Shown piece by piece: positions 47,679-60,866 of a DNA stretch of 64,000 nt (position 1 is the stretch's first letter; each line of letters starts with the position of its first letter). This DNA comes from Tepidisphaera sp. (GTDB taxonomy: Bacteria > Planctomycetota > Phycisphaerae > Phycisphaerales > UBA1924): NCBI GenBank assembly GCA_050916045.1, contig CP051526.1, positions 384,001-448,000 on the forward strand. Direction: 5' to 3'. Under the pieces are notes generated by a model that searched no databases, was not told the origin of the DNA, and was given only the letters and a program-made list of their open reading frames with translations. A program made the position numbers and the translations under genes.

Positions 47679-49238
47679 ATGGTCAGGGACGCCCGCGACA
47701 TCGTGTCCGTTCATCTCATCGTCGGCCTTGAGGTCCACGTCGAACTGTCGACGCGATCGAAGATGTTCTCGCCCGCTCCAAGCCCGGGCAACCTCGCTTT
47801 CGACCAGGCCGAGCCGAACACGCTCACGGACCCGACCGTCCTGGGCCTCCCCGGCGCGCTCCCCACCATGAACCGTGAAGCCGTCGAGATGGCCGTCAAG
47901 GTCGGTCTCGCCCTCGGATGCTCCATCGCGCCTCTCGCCGTCTGGGACCGCAAGAACTACTTCTACCCGGACATGCCCAAAGCCTACCAGATCAGCCAGT
48001 ACGACCGGCCCCTCTGCGGCCCCGGCCTGGCCGAAGCACCGGCCCTCGACGACCGCGGTTTCCCTGACTTTGACGCTCCCCCCGTCCGTGTCCGCATCCT
48101 CCGAGCCCATCTCGAGGAGGACGCCGGCAAGCTGCTGCACGAAGCCCCGGGCGGAAGCCGGATCGACGGCTCGATCGTCGACCTCAACCGCGCCGGCACG
48201 CCCCTTCTTGAGATCGTCACCGAGCCCGATTTCCGCTCCGCCGATGAGGTCGTCGCGTTCGCCCGCTTCCTCCGTCAGCTCTGCCGCTCCCTCGGCGTGA
48301 CCGAAGGCGTGATGCAGAAGGGGCACATGCGATTTGAGCCCAACATCAACTGCGTGCTGGTCCTCCGCGACGGCACCACCGTCAAGACACCCATCGTCGA
48401 AGTCAAAAACCTCAACAGCTTCAAAAGCGTCCGCGGCGCCATCGAGCACGAACTCGCCCACCAACCCGCCCGCTGGGTCGCCGACGGCCAGGTCTTGGGC
48501 CCCGGAACCAAAGTCACCCGCGGCTGGGACGACCAGAAAAACGAGACGTACGTCCAGCGCGAAAAGGAAGATGCGCACGACTACCGATACTTCCCCGATC
48601 CCGACCTGCCCACCGTCACCGTCGACGCCGCTTGGCAAGAAGCCATTCGCGCGACCATCGGGGAGCTCCCCGCCGCCGCCATGGCGAGGTACGTGAAGGA
48701 GTTCGGCCTGGATCGAAAGGAAGCCGCCGCCCTTACCGATGAACCGCCGACCACACGTTTCTTCGAAGCCTGCGTGGCGTCCTGCATTTCGGCCGGGATG
48801 CCGGGCGCCCGCGCGGGCCGCGTCTCGGCCAACTTCCTCCTTCAGTCCGGCGCCAAACGTGCCAACGAAGCCCAAGTCCGCGTCGATGAACTGGGAATCT
48901 CGGCCCATGCCGTCGCGGAGATCGCCGCGATGCGCGAAGCCGGGGAGATCAGCGCCGCTTCCGCCGACGACCTCTTCGGCCGCGCCATCGCCGAGCCGAC
49001 CCGCTCCCCGCGCGAGATCGCCTCCGCCGCCGGGATCCTCATCGTTCGCGACGACGCCGCTCTCAAACGCTGGTGCGAAGAGGTCATCGCCGCCAACCCC
49101 AAGCCCGCCGAGGATGTCCGCGCCGGAAAGGTGCAAGCCATCGGCCGACTCGTCGGCGAGGTGATGAAAAAAGCTGGCGGCTCCGCCGACGCCAAGACCG
49201 CCCGCGAGACCCTCCTCGCCATGCTCACGCCCCCGTGA
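47679..49238 (+). CDS. gatB: Asp-tRNA(Asn)/Glu-tRNA(Gln) amidotransferase subunit B
   Basis: VGLEVHVEL, LGLPGALP, DRKNYFYPD, HLEEDAGK, DLNRAGTPLLEIVTEP, EVKNLNS, DYRYFPDPDLP. Confidence 0.97.
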   Translation: MVRDARDIVSVHLIVGLEVHVELSTRSKMFSPAPSPGNLAFDQAEPNTLTDPTVLGLPGALPTMNREAVEMAVKVGLALGCSIAPLAVWDRKNYFYPDMPKAYQISQYDRPLCGPGLAEAPALDDRGFPDFDAPPVRVRILRAHLEEDAGKLLHEAPGGSRIDGSIVDLNRAGTPLLEIVTEPDFRSADEVVAFARFLRQLCRSLGVTEGVMQKGHMRFEPNINCVLVLRDGTTVKTPIVEVKNLNSFKSVRGAIEHELAHQPARWVADGQVLGPGTKVTRGWDDQKNETYVQREKEDAHDYRYFPDPDLPTVTVDAAWQEAIRATIGELPAAAMARYVKEFGLDRKEAAALTDEPPTTRFFEACVASCISAGMPGARAGRVSANFLLQSGAKRANEAQVRVDELGISAHAVAEIAAMREAGEISAASADDLFGRAIAEPTRSPREIASAAGILIVRDDAALKRWCEEVIAANPKPAEDVRAGKVQAIGRLVGEVMKKAGGSADAKTARETLLAMLTPP

Positions 49239-49285
49239 GCGGATCGCCGATGGGTATCATGACACGCGTCCTTCTGGAGCACCTC

Positions 49286-50011
49286 ATGAGCAGGCCCACC
49301 CCCCAAAGCGACGACTCCAAGGTCCGGCTGTACGACGGCGACGCCGAATCCATCCTCCGCTCGGAGATGTTCGCCGACCGCGTCAGCCTCCTGCCCGGCC
49401 CCGGCGGCAAGCTCGCGCCCGACAAACGCCTCCGAATCCTCTGGGGCCAGGACCTCCTCCGCGATGTGCTCGACGGCCGCTACCGCACCATCATCTGCGG
49501 CGTCAACGACCACGATAACTCCCACGGCATCATCGCGCAGCTCTGCGAACTCGTTCAGGCGAGCCAGTGGTCCGCTCGCACCGTCACAAGCTATGCCCAG
49601 GTCTTTCAGCAGTCCGTCGGCGTGCACGCGGCCCACGACCGCGAGCCCTACGTGCTCAAGTTCGACCTCGACAGCCTCCTCATCCTCGCCATCCTCCGCC
49701 CCAAGGGCCGGACCCACTTCACCCTCGACGACCTTTCGCGCGGGTTCGTCACCTGCTCGAAGATGCTCCGCGAACGCCGCGAACGCCTCCCCGTCGCGAG
49801 CGTCTCGTTCCTCAACGCCCGCGTGAACACCCTCCGCGGCCCCGACGGCAAAGAGCCCAGTTTCGAAGCCGTCCTCCAGACCATGTACCACGCCGGGTTC
49901 CGCGGCGACGTCTACGCCTCCCCGGCCATGTGGAGATTCGCCCACGTCGGCGTCTTCCCAAGCTACCCCTTCCCCGAAGGCGTCGGCCGCATGCGAGAGG
50001 GAAGTTCGTAA
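49286..50011 (+). CDS. Conserved hypothetical protein, possible macrodomain-like fold
   Basis: Strong codon bias; GQDLL...TIICGVN...SHGII resembles the macrodomain N-terminal motif; start 49286 (after GGAG) or 49250. Confidence 0.6.
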   Translation: MSRPTPQSDDSKVRLYDGDAESILRSEMFADRVSLLPGPGGKLAPDKRLRILWGQDLLRDVLDGRYRTIICGVNDHDNSHGIIAQLCELVQASQWSARTVTSYAQVFQQSVGVHAAHDREPYVLKFDLDSLLILAILRPKGRTHFTLDDLSRGFVTCSKMLRERRERLPVASVSFLNARVNTLRGPDGKEPSFEAVLQTMYHAGFRGDVYASPAMWRFAHVGVFPSYPFPEGVGRMREGSS

Positions 50012-50166
50012 AAAGTACGTGCCGCGGCCTCTCGCAAGGCTCGCTCGGAACTTCCCGGACCTTGGCCCGTATCATTCAACACTCGTGCGGGACCCCCTCG
50101 GCGAAGTTCGCCGGTCGGGGTGGTCGATGATTGGGGTCTGGCATTGCCGGCGCAGGAGGAAGGTCC

Positions 50167-51222
50167 ATGAACACGCGTCAACTGATTTGTGTGCTCGGTG
50201 CGGCGTTGGGGCTCGCTTCGCCCCTGCTCGCGGACATCACCGGCCGCATCCACCTGAACAACGGGGGCGGCTGGGGACCTGGCCGAGGCCACGGCGGGTT
50301 CAACCTGAGCGGCAGCCACCGAGGCTCGCGATGGTCATTCGACTTCAACGTCGGAAGCGGCTGGAACAACGGCTTTGAGTGCGACAACGGCCCCACGACC
50401 TGGAACCTTCGCAACGGAGGATTCACGACTTCGCGCTGGTACGCCGACCGCTGGGGATGGTCAAACTGGGAGCGTCGTTACTACCCGTACGGCTATGCGA
50501 CCGGGCAGGTCGTCTCCGCCGGCAGCGGCCCCACCGACTGGAACCTGCTTCCCGGTGTGACGCCCAATGCCGCTCCCGGAACGCCGCCGGCACCGCCGCC
50601 CCCTCCTCCGCCGACCGAGCTCGAGCTCGCGGCCCAAGCGACCGCGAACAAGCAGCACAGCGAAGCCCGTGCTCACCTCATGGCTCACCTGAAGGACAAG
50701 CCTTACGACGTGGAAGCGTCCCGCCGGCTTGCCATGTGCCTCATTGAGGGCAAGGAAATTGATACCGGGCTGGCGATGCTCCGCGACCTCTATGTGGCGG
50801 ACCCAACCCTCGCCGAGCGCCCCTACGACGGTCCCTCGGCCGGCCAGGACGCCGGGCGGCTTCGCGACATGGTCACCAAGATCACGCCTTATGCGCACAA
50901 GGTGAAGAGCCCGTCGGCTTGGCTTGGCGTCGTGATCGCGATGCAAGCCGAGGGCCGCGGCACGCTCGCCCTCAAGATGCTCGCCCGGGCGAAGGACGCC
51001 GGCCTTGAGCGCTCGGTCGTCGAGCGGTTCGAAGCCGTGCTGGCCCCCCCTCCTCCCAAGCCCAAGCAAGCCAAGAACGCCCCGGGCACCTCGGCTCCGG
51101 TCCTTCCCGCCGCTCCTGCATCGGCACCCGTCCTGGCTTCTCCCCCGGTTCCGGGACCGGCCATGACGGATCCGGCGACCGCGCCGGCCGCAGCACCGAC
51201 CCCTGACGTCCCGGCGAAGTAG
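50167..51222 (+). CDS. Secreted hypothetical protein (Gly/Trp-rich N-region, TPR-like helices, Pro/Ala tail)
   Basis: Signal peptide MNTRQLICVLGAALGLASPLLA; helical repeat region; low-complexity tail. Confidence 0.7.
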   Translation: MNTRQLICVLGAALGLASPLLADITGRIHLNNGGGWGPGRGHGGFNLSGSHRGSRWSFDFNVGSGWNNGFECDNGPTTWNLRNGGFTTSRWYADRWGWSNWERRYYPYGYATGQVVSAGSGPTDWNLLPGVTPNAAPGTPPAPPPPPPPTELELAAQATANKQHSEARAHLMAHLKDKPYDVEASRRLAMCLIEGKEIDTGLAMLRDLYVADPTLAERPYDGPSAGQDAGRLRDMVTKITPYAHKVKSPSAWLGVVIAMQAEGRGTLALKMLARAKDAGLERSVVERFEAVLAPPPPKPKQAKNAPGTSAPVLPAAPASAPVLASPPVPGPAMTDPATAPAAAPTPDVPAK

Positions 51223-51299
51223 GATTCTGGACGGCATACCGCCTTTCCAGCGACGATTTTCGGCCCGGGCTGACCCGGGCCGTTCTCATTCTCGAACGG

Positions 51300-51328
51300 T
51301 TGATCGGGTGGGGGTGGCTCCCTAGCAT
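51300..51328 (+). promoter_or_regulatory. Candidate sigma70 promoter of the rplK operon
   Basis: TTGATC-17 nt-TAGCAT. Confidence 0.55.
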
Positions 51329-51380
51329 CGAGGCCCTGCGCATCGTCCCAATGTGGGCCGAGCGCGACATTCTGGGTAGA

Positions 51381-51470
51381 ACCGTTCGAACCACCGAGCT
51401 GGCGGACCCAACCCAGGGACCGCATCCGGAGCCGAGGCGACGAGCCAAAGCGACGCGGCCGGTGGGAGGT
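51381..51470 (+). promoter_or_regulatory. Candidate ribosomal protein L1 autoregulatory RNA site, permuted strand order
   Basis: ACC-GTTCGAA-CCACCG ... CGGTGG-GA-GGT pairs into the L1-site-like internal loop and overlaps the rplK RBS region. Confidence 0.5.
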
Positions 51471-51478
51471 GAGGAACT

Positions 51479-51910
51479 ATGGGCAAGAAAGAAGTCGTCA
51501 ACGTATTTAAAGTGATGGCCCCGGGTGGGCAGGCGACGCCTGCGCCGCCTCTGGGTCCCGTGCTTGGCTCCAAGGGTGTGAACCCGGGCCAGTTCACGCA
51601 GAAGTTCAACGCCGCGACGCAGGCCTCCAAGGGCAAGATCGTCGTCGCGGTCGTGACGCTTTACAGCGACAAGAGCTTCGAGCTTGAGATCCGTTCGAGC
51701 CCGGCGAGCGTCCTGATCAAGGAAGCGGCGGGCGTCGAGAAGGGTTCGGGCGTTCCCAACAAGAACAAGGTCGGCAAGATCACGCGGAGCCAGGCGAAGA
51801 AGATCGCCGAGGTCAAAGCGGCGGATCTGAACGCGGCGTCGCCCGAAGCGGCGATCCGCATCATCGAAGGCACCGCCCGTTCCATGGGCATCACCGTGGT
51901 GGAGGGCTAA
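51479..51910 (+). CDS. rplK: 50S ribosomal protein L11
   Basis: GQATPAPPLGPVLG...GTARSMGI. Confidence 0.98.
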   Translation: MGKKEVVNVFKVMAPGGQATPAPPLGPVLGSKGVNPGQFTQKFNAATQASKGKIVVAVVTLYSDKSFELEIRSSPASVLIKEAAGVEKGSGVPNKNKVGKITRSQAKKIAEVKAADLNAASPEAAIRIIEGTARSMGITVVEG

Positions 51911-51914
51911 TCCC

Positions 51915-52613
51915 ATGCCAAGACTCAGCAAGCGCACCAAAGCCAACGCTGCGAACATCAAGACGGACCCGGTCGGTACCGCTGAAGCGGTCGCGGCCCT
52001 CCGCAAGTTCAAGCCCACGAAGTTCGACCAGACCGTCAACATCTGCCTGCACCTGGGCGTTGATCCGGCTCACGCCGATCAGGCTCTCCGCGGGTCGATC
52101 AGCCTGCCCAAGGGCATCGGCAAGACCAAGCGCGTCGTCGCGTTCTGCCAGAGCGACGTCGCTCCCAAAGCCCTCGCGGCCGGTGCCATCAAGGCCGGCG
52201 GCGAAGAACTCGTCGCCGAGATCGAGAAGGGTTGGATGGACTTCGACGTCGCCATCGCGTCTCCGGACATGATGCGCGTTGTCTCCAAGCTCGGTAAGGT
52301 CCTGGGCCCCAAGGGCCTCATGCCCAGCCCCAAAGCCGGCACCGTGACCCCCCAGGTCGCCGACGCCGTCAAGGAATACTCGGCCGGTAAGGTCGAGTAC
52401 CGCACCGACAAGGGCGGCAACGTCCACGCGGTCGTGGGCAAGATGAGCTTCGCCGATGCGGCGCTCGTCGAGAACATCGACTTCTTCATCAAGGCCATCG
52501 AGAAGGTTCGCCCCTCCACCGTGAAGGGCATCTACATCAAGAAGGTCGTGGTGAGCGGCGTGATGACCCCCAGCGTCCAGATCAAGTACGTCACGGCCGT
52601 TGTCGCGGAATAA
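51915..52613 (+). CDS. rplA: 50S ribosomal protein L1
   Basis: KFDQTV...LGVDP...DQALRG...LGKVLGPKGLMPSPKAGTV. Confidence 0.98.
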   Translation: MPRLSKRTKANAANIKTDPVGTAEAVAALRKFKPTKFDQTVNICLHLGVDPAHADQALRGSISLPKGIGKTKRVVAFCQSDVAPKALAAGAIKAGGEELVAEIEKGWMDFDVAIASPDMMRVVSKLGKVLGPKGLMPSPKAGTVTPQVADAVKEYSAGKVEYRTDKGGNVHAVVGKMSFADAALVENIDFFIKAIEKVRPSTVKGIYIKKVVVSGVMTPSVQIKYVTAVVAE

Positions 52614-52659
52614 CCCCAGGAAACGATTGACCCGGCGGTTGCCGCCGGAGAGGTGAACG

Positions 52660-53205
52660 ATGAGCAAGCCCATCAAGTCCATGATGATGCGCGAATACAA
52701 GGACCGGCTCTCCGGTGCCAACGAAGCGCTCCTGATCGGTATCCGCGGCATGAAGGCCAAGGATCAGGTCAAACTGCGGAGCGGTCTCGCCAAGAGCAAG
52801 ATCCGCATGACGGTCGTCAGCAACGCCCTGGCCGCCAAGGTGTTCGAAGGGACCGATCTTTCCAAGCTCTCGAGCATGCTCACGGGCTCGAGCGCGATCG
52901 CGTACGGCGGACAGTCCGTCGTCGAGGTCGCCCGCGAAGTCGTGAAGTTCGTCGAGAAGATGCCCACCCTTGAACTCAAGGGCGCCATCCTCGACGGCAC
53001 GCTCTACTCCGGCAAAGCCGGCGTGACCGAGCTGTCCAAGTTCCCCACCAAGGACGAGGCCATCGGCCAGGTCGTCACCTTGGTCGTCAGTCCCGCCAAG
53101 AAGCTCCTCGGCCAGATCAAGGGCCCGGGCTCCTCCATCGGCGGCATCATCAAAGCCATCGAGACCAAGCTCGAAAAGGGCGAGACCATCGCCAAGGTCG
53201 GTTGA
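52660..53205 (+). CDS. rplJ: 50S ribosomal protein L10
   Basis: Lies between rplA and rplL; LRSGL...VVSNAL...LKGAILDG...LSKFPTKDE. Confidence 0.93.
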   Translation: MSKPIKSMMMREYKDRLSGANEALLIGIRGMKAKDQVKLRSGLAKSKIRMTVVSNALAAKVFEGTDLSKLSSMLTGSSAIAYGGQSVVEVAREVVKFVEKMPTLELKGAILDGTLYSGKAGVTELSKFPTKDEAIGQVVTLVVSPAKKLLGQIKGPGSSIGGIIKAIETKLEKGETIAKVG

Positions 53206-53340
53206 TCCGGTTCCATTGATTGAAACAAGAGCTTCCGCTCTGGCCCGGCTTGCCGGGGTAAAGGCCGAGTGTTTCGGCCCCTCGCGGGAGCATGTTGGGA
53301 AGCCTGGCGTGGCCTGGCTTCTCGAAAGAAAGGTTTGAAC

Positions 53341-53730
53341 ATGTCTGACGTCGCTGCTCACATTTCCGAACTCGGTGACAAACTCGCTGGCCTGTCCCTC
53401 AAGGACGCGGTCGAGCTCGGCAAGTACATGAAGGACAAGTACGGCATCGAAGCCGCCGCCGGCGGCGGTGTCATGATGGCCGCGGCCGCGGGCCCCGCCG
53501 CCAAGGCCGAAGAGAAGACCTCCTTCGACGTCATCCTCAAGGCCGTCGACGCGACCAAGAAGATCGCCGTCATCAAGGTCGTCCGCGAGATCACCGGCCT
53601 CGGCCTCGCCGAAGCCAAGGCTTTCGTCGACGCCCCGGGCAAGCCCGTCAAGCAGGGCGTGGACAAGGCCGAAGCCGACAAGCTCAAGAAGAGCATCGAA
53701 GAGGCCGGCGGCACCGTCGAGCTCGCCTGA
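53341..53730 (+). CDS. rplL: 50S ribosomal protein L7/L12
   Basis: EEKTSFDVIL...KIAVIKVVREITGLGLAEAK...EEAGGTVEL. Confidence 0.98.
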   Translation: MSDVAAHISELGDKLAGLSLKDAVELGKYMKDKYGIEAAAGGGVMMAAAAGPAAKAEEKTSFDVILKAVDATKKIAVIKVVREITGLGLAEAKAFVDAPGKPVKQGVDKAEADKLKKSIEEAGGTVELA

Positions 53731-53768
53731 TCAGGCCGAGTTTGATTCGTGTCAATGTGTTGGAAACC

Positions 53769-53802
53769 GACGGCCCCGGGAAACCGGGGCCGTTGCTTTT
53801 TT
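53769..53802 (+). terminator. Intrinsic terminator after rplL
   Basis: GACGGCCCCGG-GAAA-CCGGGGCCGTT-GCTTTTTT. Confidence 0.88.
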
Positions 53803-53836
53803 GGTACCGTTCGCACCGAGTACCCGGATCGTCACG

Positions 53837-54685
53837 ATGAAACGAGTTCTGCGAATGGTGGCGTGCCTTGGTGGAATCGCATTCGCGGTAGCCGCGTGCA
53901 CGCCGCACCGCGAGGCGACCTCATCCGAGGTCTTCGCCCGCCCGGTCATCGCGCGCGGGCACGCGCACAACGACTACAACCACGCCAGGCCTCTCCTGGA
54001 CGCCCTGGATGCACGCTTCATGAGCGTGGAGGCTGATGTATTCCTCATCGACGGCGAGTTGCTCGTGGCGCACGATCTTGCCGACTGTCGTCGACATCGC
54101 ACCCTCCGCGGAATGTATCTCGAGCCTCTCGCGGCGCGGGCCCGCGCGAGCGGACGGGTCTACGCGGACGCCCCCCGAGGCACCGGGCCGGTGGTGTTGT
54201 TGATCGACATCAAGCGCGACGGTGAGCGTGCCTACGCGGCGATTGACCGCGAACTCGCGGCGTACGCGGACGTGATGACCTCGTGGAAGGGCGGCGTCGT
54301 GACGCAGCGGGCGATCACCGTGATCATCTCGGGAGACATCCCGCGAACGACGATCGCCGCTCAGCAGGAACGCCGTGCCTTTGTGGACGGGAGAGAGCAT
54401 GATCTCGAAGGGTCCAGAGACGCCGCCGCACCGGCATCGCTCGTGCCGATGGTCAGCATGCCCTGGACCTCGCGATTCTCCTGGATCGGCCTGGGCCCGA
54501 TGCCGACCGCCCAGCGGAGGGAACTGACCCGGCTTGTGAGCGAGGCTCACGCACGCGGTTACCGGCTGCGGTTCTGGGGCACTCCGAACCTCCCGGAGTT
54601 CTGGAAGGAACTGGTCGCCGCGAGAGTGGATCTGGTGGGGGCCGATGACCTCGCGCTCGGAGTCGCGTCGCTCGGAGGTCCGTGA
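53837..54685 (+). CDS. PI-PLC/GDPD-superfamily (AIM6-like) phosphodiesterase, probable lipoprotein
   Basis: VAAC lipobox; GHAHNDY, SVEADV, LLVAHD, YLEPL, LLIDIK, LRFWGTP. Confidence 0.8.
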   Translation: MKRVLRMVACLGGIAFAVAACTPHREATSSEVFARPVIARGHAHNDYNHARPLLDALDARFMSVEADVFLIDGELLVAHDLADCRRHRTLRGMYLEPLAARARASGRVYADAPRGTGPVVLLIDIKRDGERAYAAIDRELAAYADVMTSWKGGVVTQRAITVIISGDIPRTTIAAQQERRAFVDGREHDLEGSRDAAAPASLVPMVSMPWTSRFSWIGLGPMPTAQRRELTRLVSEAHARGYRLRFWGTPNLPEFWKELVAARVDLVGADDLALGVASLGGP

Positions 54686-54919
54686 CTTCGCGCCGCTCTC
54701 CGATAACCACGTTTCGTGCGGGATGGGAGGGCTTGGGCGGGGTCACGGGCGTGCGAACGCCTTTACGGTGCTTGACGCACACGAGATTCGACGCATCTTG
54801 TCGTTGCACGAGGGAGCGCGGCAAGACTCACGCAAGCGTTGCGTGGCTCGCTCCGAAACCGGAATGGCGGTCGCTGACTGATGAAGAGTCAGTCGGGGCC
54901 TCTCAACAGGAGCACAAAG

Positions 54920-55606
54920 ATGACGCGTTTGATTTCAATGGCTTTGGTTGCTGGCGCTGCTGGTGTGGCGATGGCGGATACCCCGCTGACGTCCGGGCCG
55001 ATGAACGCCGGCGGATCGCTCGGCAGCCGCTCCACGCTGATCAACCAGCAGAACAACGGCAACGCCAATCGCATCTCGCAGCAGTTCGGCGATTTCCCCG
55101 CGTTCTCGACCTACTCCTTCGATGATGTCACGTTCGCCAACGCGGTCGACCTGACGTCGATGACGGTGTACGGCACGGAACAGGGAAGCGGCGTGAACAC
55201 CGCCGTCGCTTACGCGCTCCTTGACGCGCCCGACGCCGTCAGCGGCAACGTCGTCGCTTCGGGCCTGGGGTCACAGGTCGGCGGCGACCTGGTGTTCGAC
55301 CTGACAGGCTTGTCGCTCGGCGCGGGCACCTACTGGCTGACCGCGTTCGTCGTGCGTGATTTCGGCACCGGCGGTCAGTGGTTCTGGAATCAGACCGGCG
55401 ATGCGATCTCCGGGAGCGAAGCGTTCGTCCACAATCCGGGCGGCGGCTTCGGTTTCGGCACCGGCTCGGTGCCCGGCTCCCAGGCGGGGATCGGCTTCAC
55501 GCCCGCGGACATGGCTTTCACGATCGAAGGCAACGTGGTTCCCGCGCCCGGCGCCTTCGCCGTCATGGGCCTCGGTGGCTTGATCGCCGGTCGTCGCCGC
55601 CGGTAA
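54920..55606 (+). CDS. PEP-CTERM-like sorted surface protein (paralog 1)
   Basis: Signal peptide; tail VPAPGAFAVMGLGGLIAGRRRR. Confidence 0.88.
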   Translation: MTRLISMALVAGAAGVAMADTPLTSGPMNAGGSLGSRSTLINQQNNGNANRISQQFGDFPAFSTYSFDDVTFANAVDLTSMTVYGTEQGSGVNTAVAYALLDAPDAVSGNVVASGLGSQVGGDLVFDLTGLSLGAGTYWLTAFVVRDFGTGGQWFWNQTGDAISGSEAFVHNPGGGFGFGTGSVPGSQAGIGFTPADMAFTIEGNVVPAPGAFAVMGLGGLIAGRRRR

Positions 55607-55921
55607 AGCGACCTTCCGTGTGACTTCTTGTCCGGCACTTGCCCCGCCGGACGGCACAGATCAGTTTGCACAGAACCCCCGAAAGAGGGTTCCGTGCGTT
55701 GAGAGCGAGAATCCCGGAACAGAGGGAAACCCGAGTTTTTCGGCGATCAGCGAAGAAAGTGCTTGTTTGCGAAAGACGTGTGGGGAATCTTCCACCCGCA
55801 CAAGGGAGAGAGGGACAAGACCCGCGCGAATGTTGCGCGGCCCACTCCCAAGGCACTGGTTGCGTGGCTTTGCTCCGATTTGAGAGGTCGGTGCGGGTTT
55901 CGCCTGTTTGGGAGAGAAGAC

Positions 55922-56605
55922 ATGACGCGTTTGATTTCATTGGTTGTTGTGGCTGGCACCGCTGGTGTTGCGATGGCGGATGGCCCGCTGCTTTCCGGTC
56001 CCGCGAACGCGGGCGGCTCGTTTGGTGGTCGCGCCGTTCTGGTCAACCAGAACAATAACGGCACCGGCAACCAGATCTCGCAGAGCTTCGGCGACTTCCC
56101 CGCTTTCACGACGCTCTCCTTCGACGATTTCACGCTGGGCAGCGCGGTGAATCTGACGTCCCTGACGGTGTACGGGACGGAAACCGGCACGGGCACGAAC
56201 GACTTCATCATCTACGCGATCACAAGCGACGCCAGCAATTCTCCCTCGACGATTTACGCTACGGGTGGCGGCGCGCAGCTTGGTGGCAACCTGGTGTTCG
56301 ACCTGACGGGCGTTTCCCTCGGTGCGGGCACCTACTGGCTGACGGCGTTCGTCGTCCGCGACTTCGGCACGGGTGGCCAGTGGTTCTGGAACCAGACCGC
56401 CGACGCGATCTCCGGCAGCGAGTCGTTCGTTCACAACCCCGGTGGCGGTTTCGGCGCCGGCACCGACCCGGTTTCGGGTTCGGTTCTGCTCGGCGGCAAC
56501 CCCTCGGACCTCGCGTTCACCATCGAGGGTGACATCGTCCCGGCCCCGAGCGCCCTCGCGCTGCTCGGCCTCGGCGGTCTCGTCGCCGGCCGTCGCCGCC
56601 GCTAA
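55922..56605 (+). CDS. PEP-CTERM-like sorted surface protein (paralog 2)
   Basis: Close paralog (shared GAGTYWLTAFVVRDFGTGGQWFWNQT); tail VPAPSALALLGLGGLVAGRRRR. Confidence 0.88.
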   Translation: MTRLISLVVVAGTAGVAMADGPLLSGPANAGGSFGGRAVLVNQNNNGTGNQISQSFGDFPAFTTLSFDDFTLGSAVNLTSLTVYGTETGTGTNDFIIYAITSDASNSPSTIYATGGGAQLGGNLVFDLTGVSLGAGTYWLTAFVVRDFGTGGQWFWNQTADAISGSESFVHNPGGGFGAGTDPVSGSVLLGGNPSDLAFTIEGDIVPAPSALALLGLGGLVAGRRRR

Positions 56606-56630
56606 GCGGATCGGTTGAGAGCATGAATTT

Positions 56631-56670
56631 GACCGGACCGGCCCTCGTGGGTCGGTCCGGTTTGTTTTTG
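56631..56670 (+). terminator. Intrinsic terminator after the PEP-CTERM pair
   Basis: GACCGGACCGGCCC-TCGT-GGGTCGGTCCGGTT-TGTTTTTG. Confidence 0.8.
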
Positions 56671-57002
56671 TTTGGATAGAGAAGGGCGAAGGCAGCGTGG
56701 TTTCGGTTCTGGTTTGGCACGCGAATTGCCTGAAAATTCAACCTTTCGTGTCGATTTCAAAGGACCCTGTGTTTACACTGAGGGGTTCAGCCGTTTGGAG
56801 CCCGCCGGCGTTTTCGAGGCCGGAGCATCCGCAGGCGAACGAAATTAGCGGCAAGATTCTTGATCGGGCGGCATTTTCGATTCGATTTTTCGGGCGATCC
56901 AGCGGCGTGAAGAAAGTTTCAGCGTAATCAGACACGGCTTTGACGATGAGCCGCGGCGGGATCATTCCCGGCGCGGCTGCTGTCGTCGCTTGCGAGTAAT
57001 TC

Positions 57003-60866
<3,864 letters not shown>

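Noticed and set aside
47679..49238. Isolated gatB (and isolated trpA, prpB) as anomalies
   Set aside because: Dispersed pathway genes are common in planctomycetes; partners probably lie outside the window
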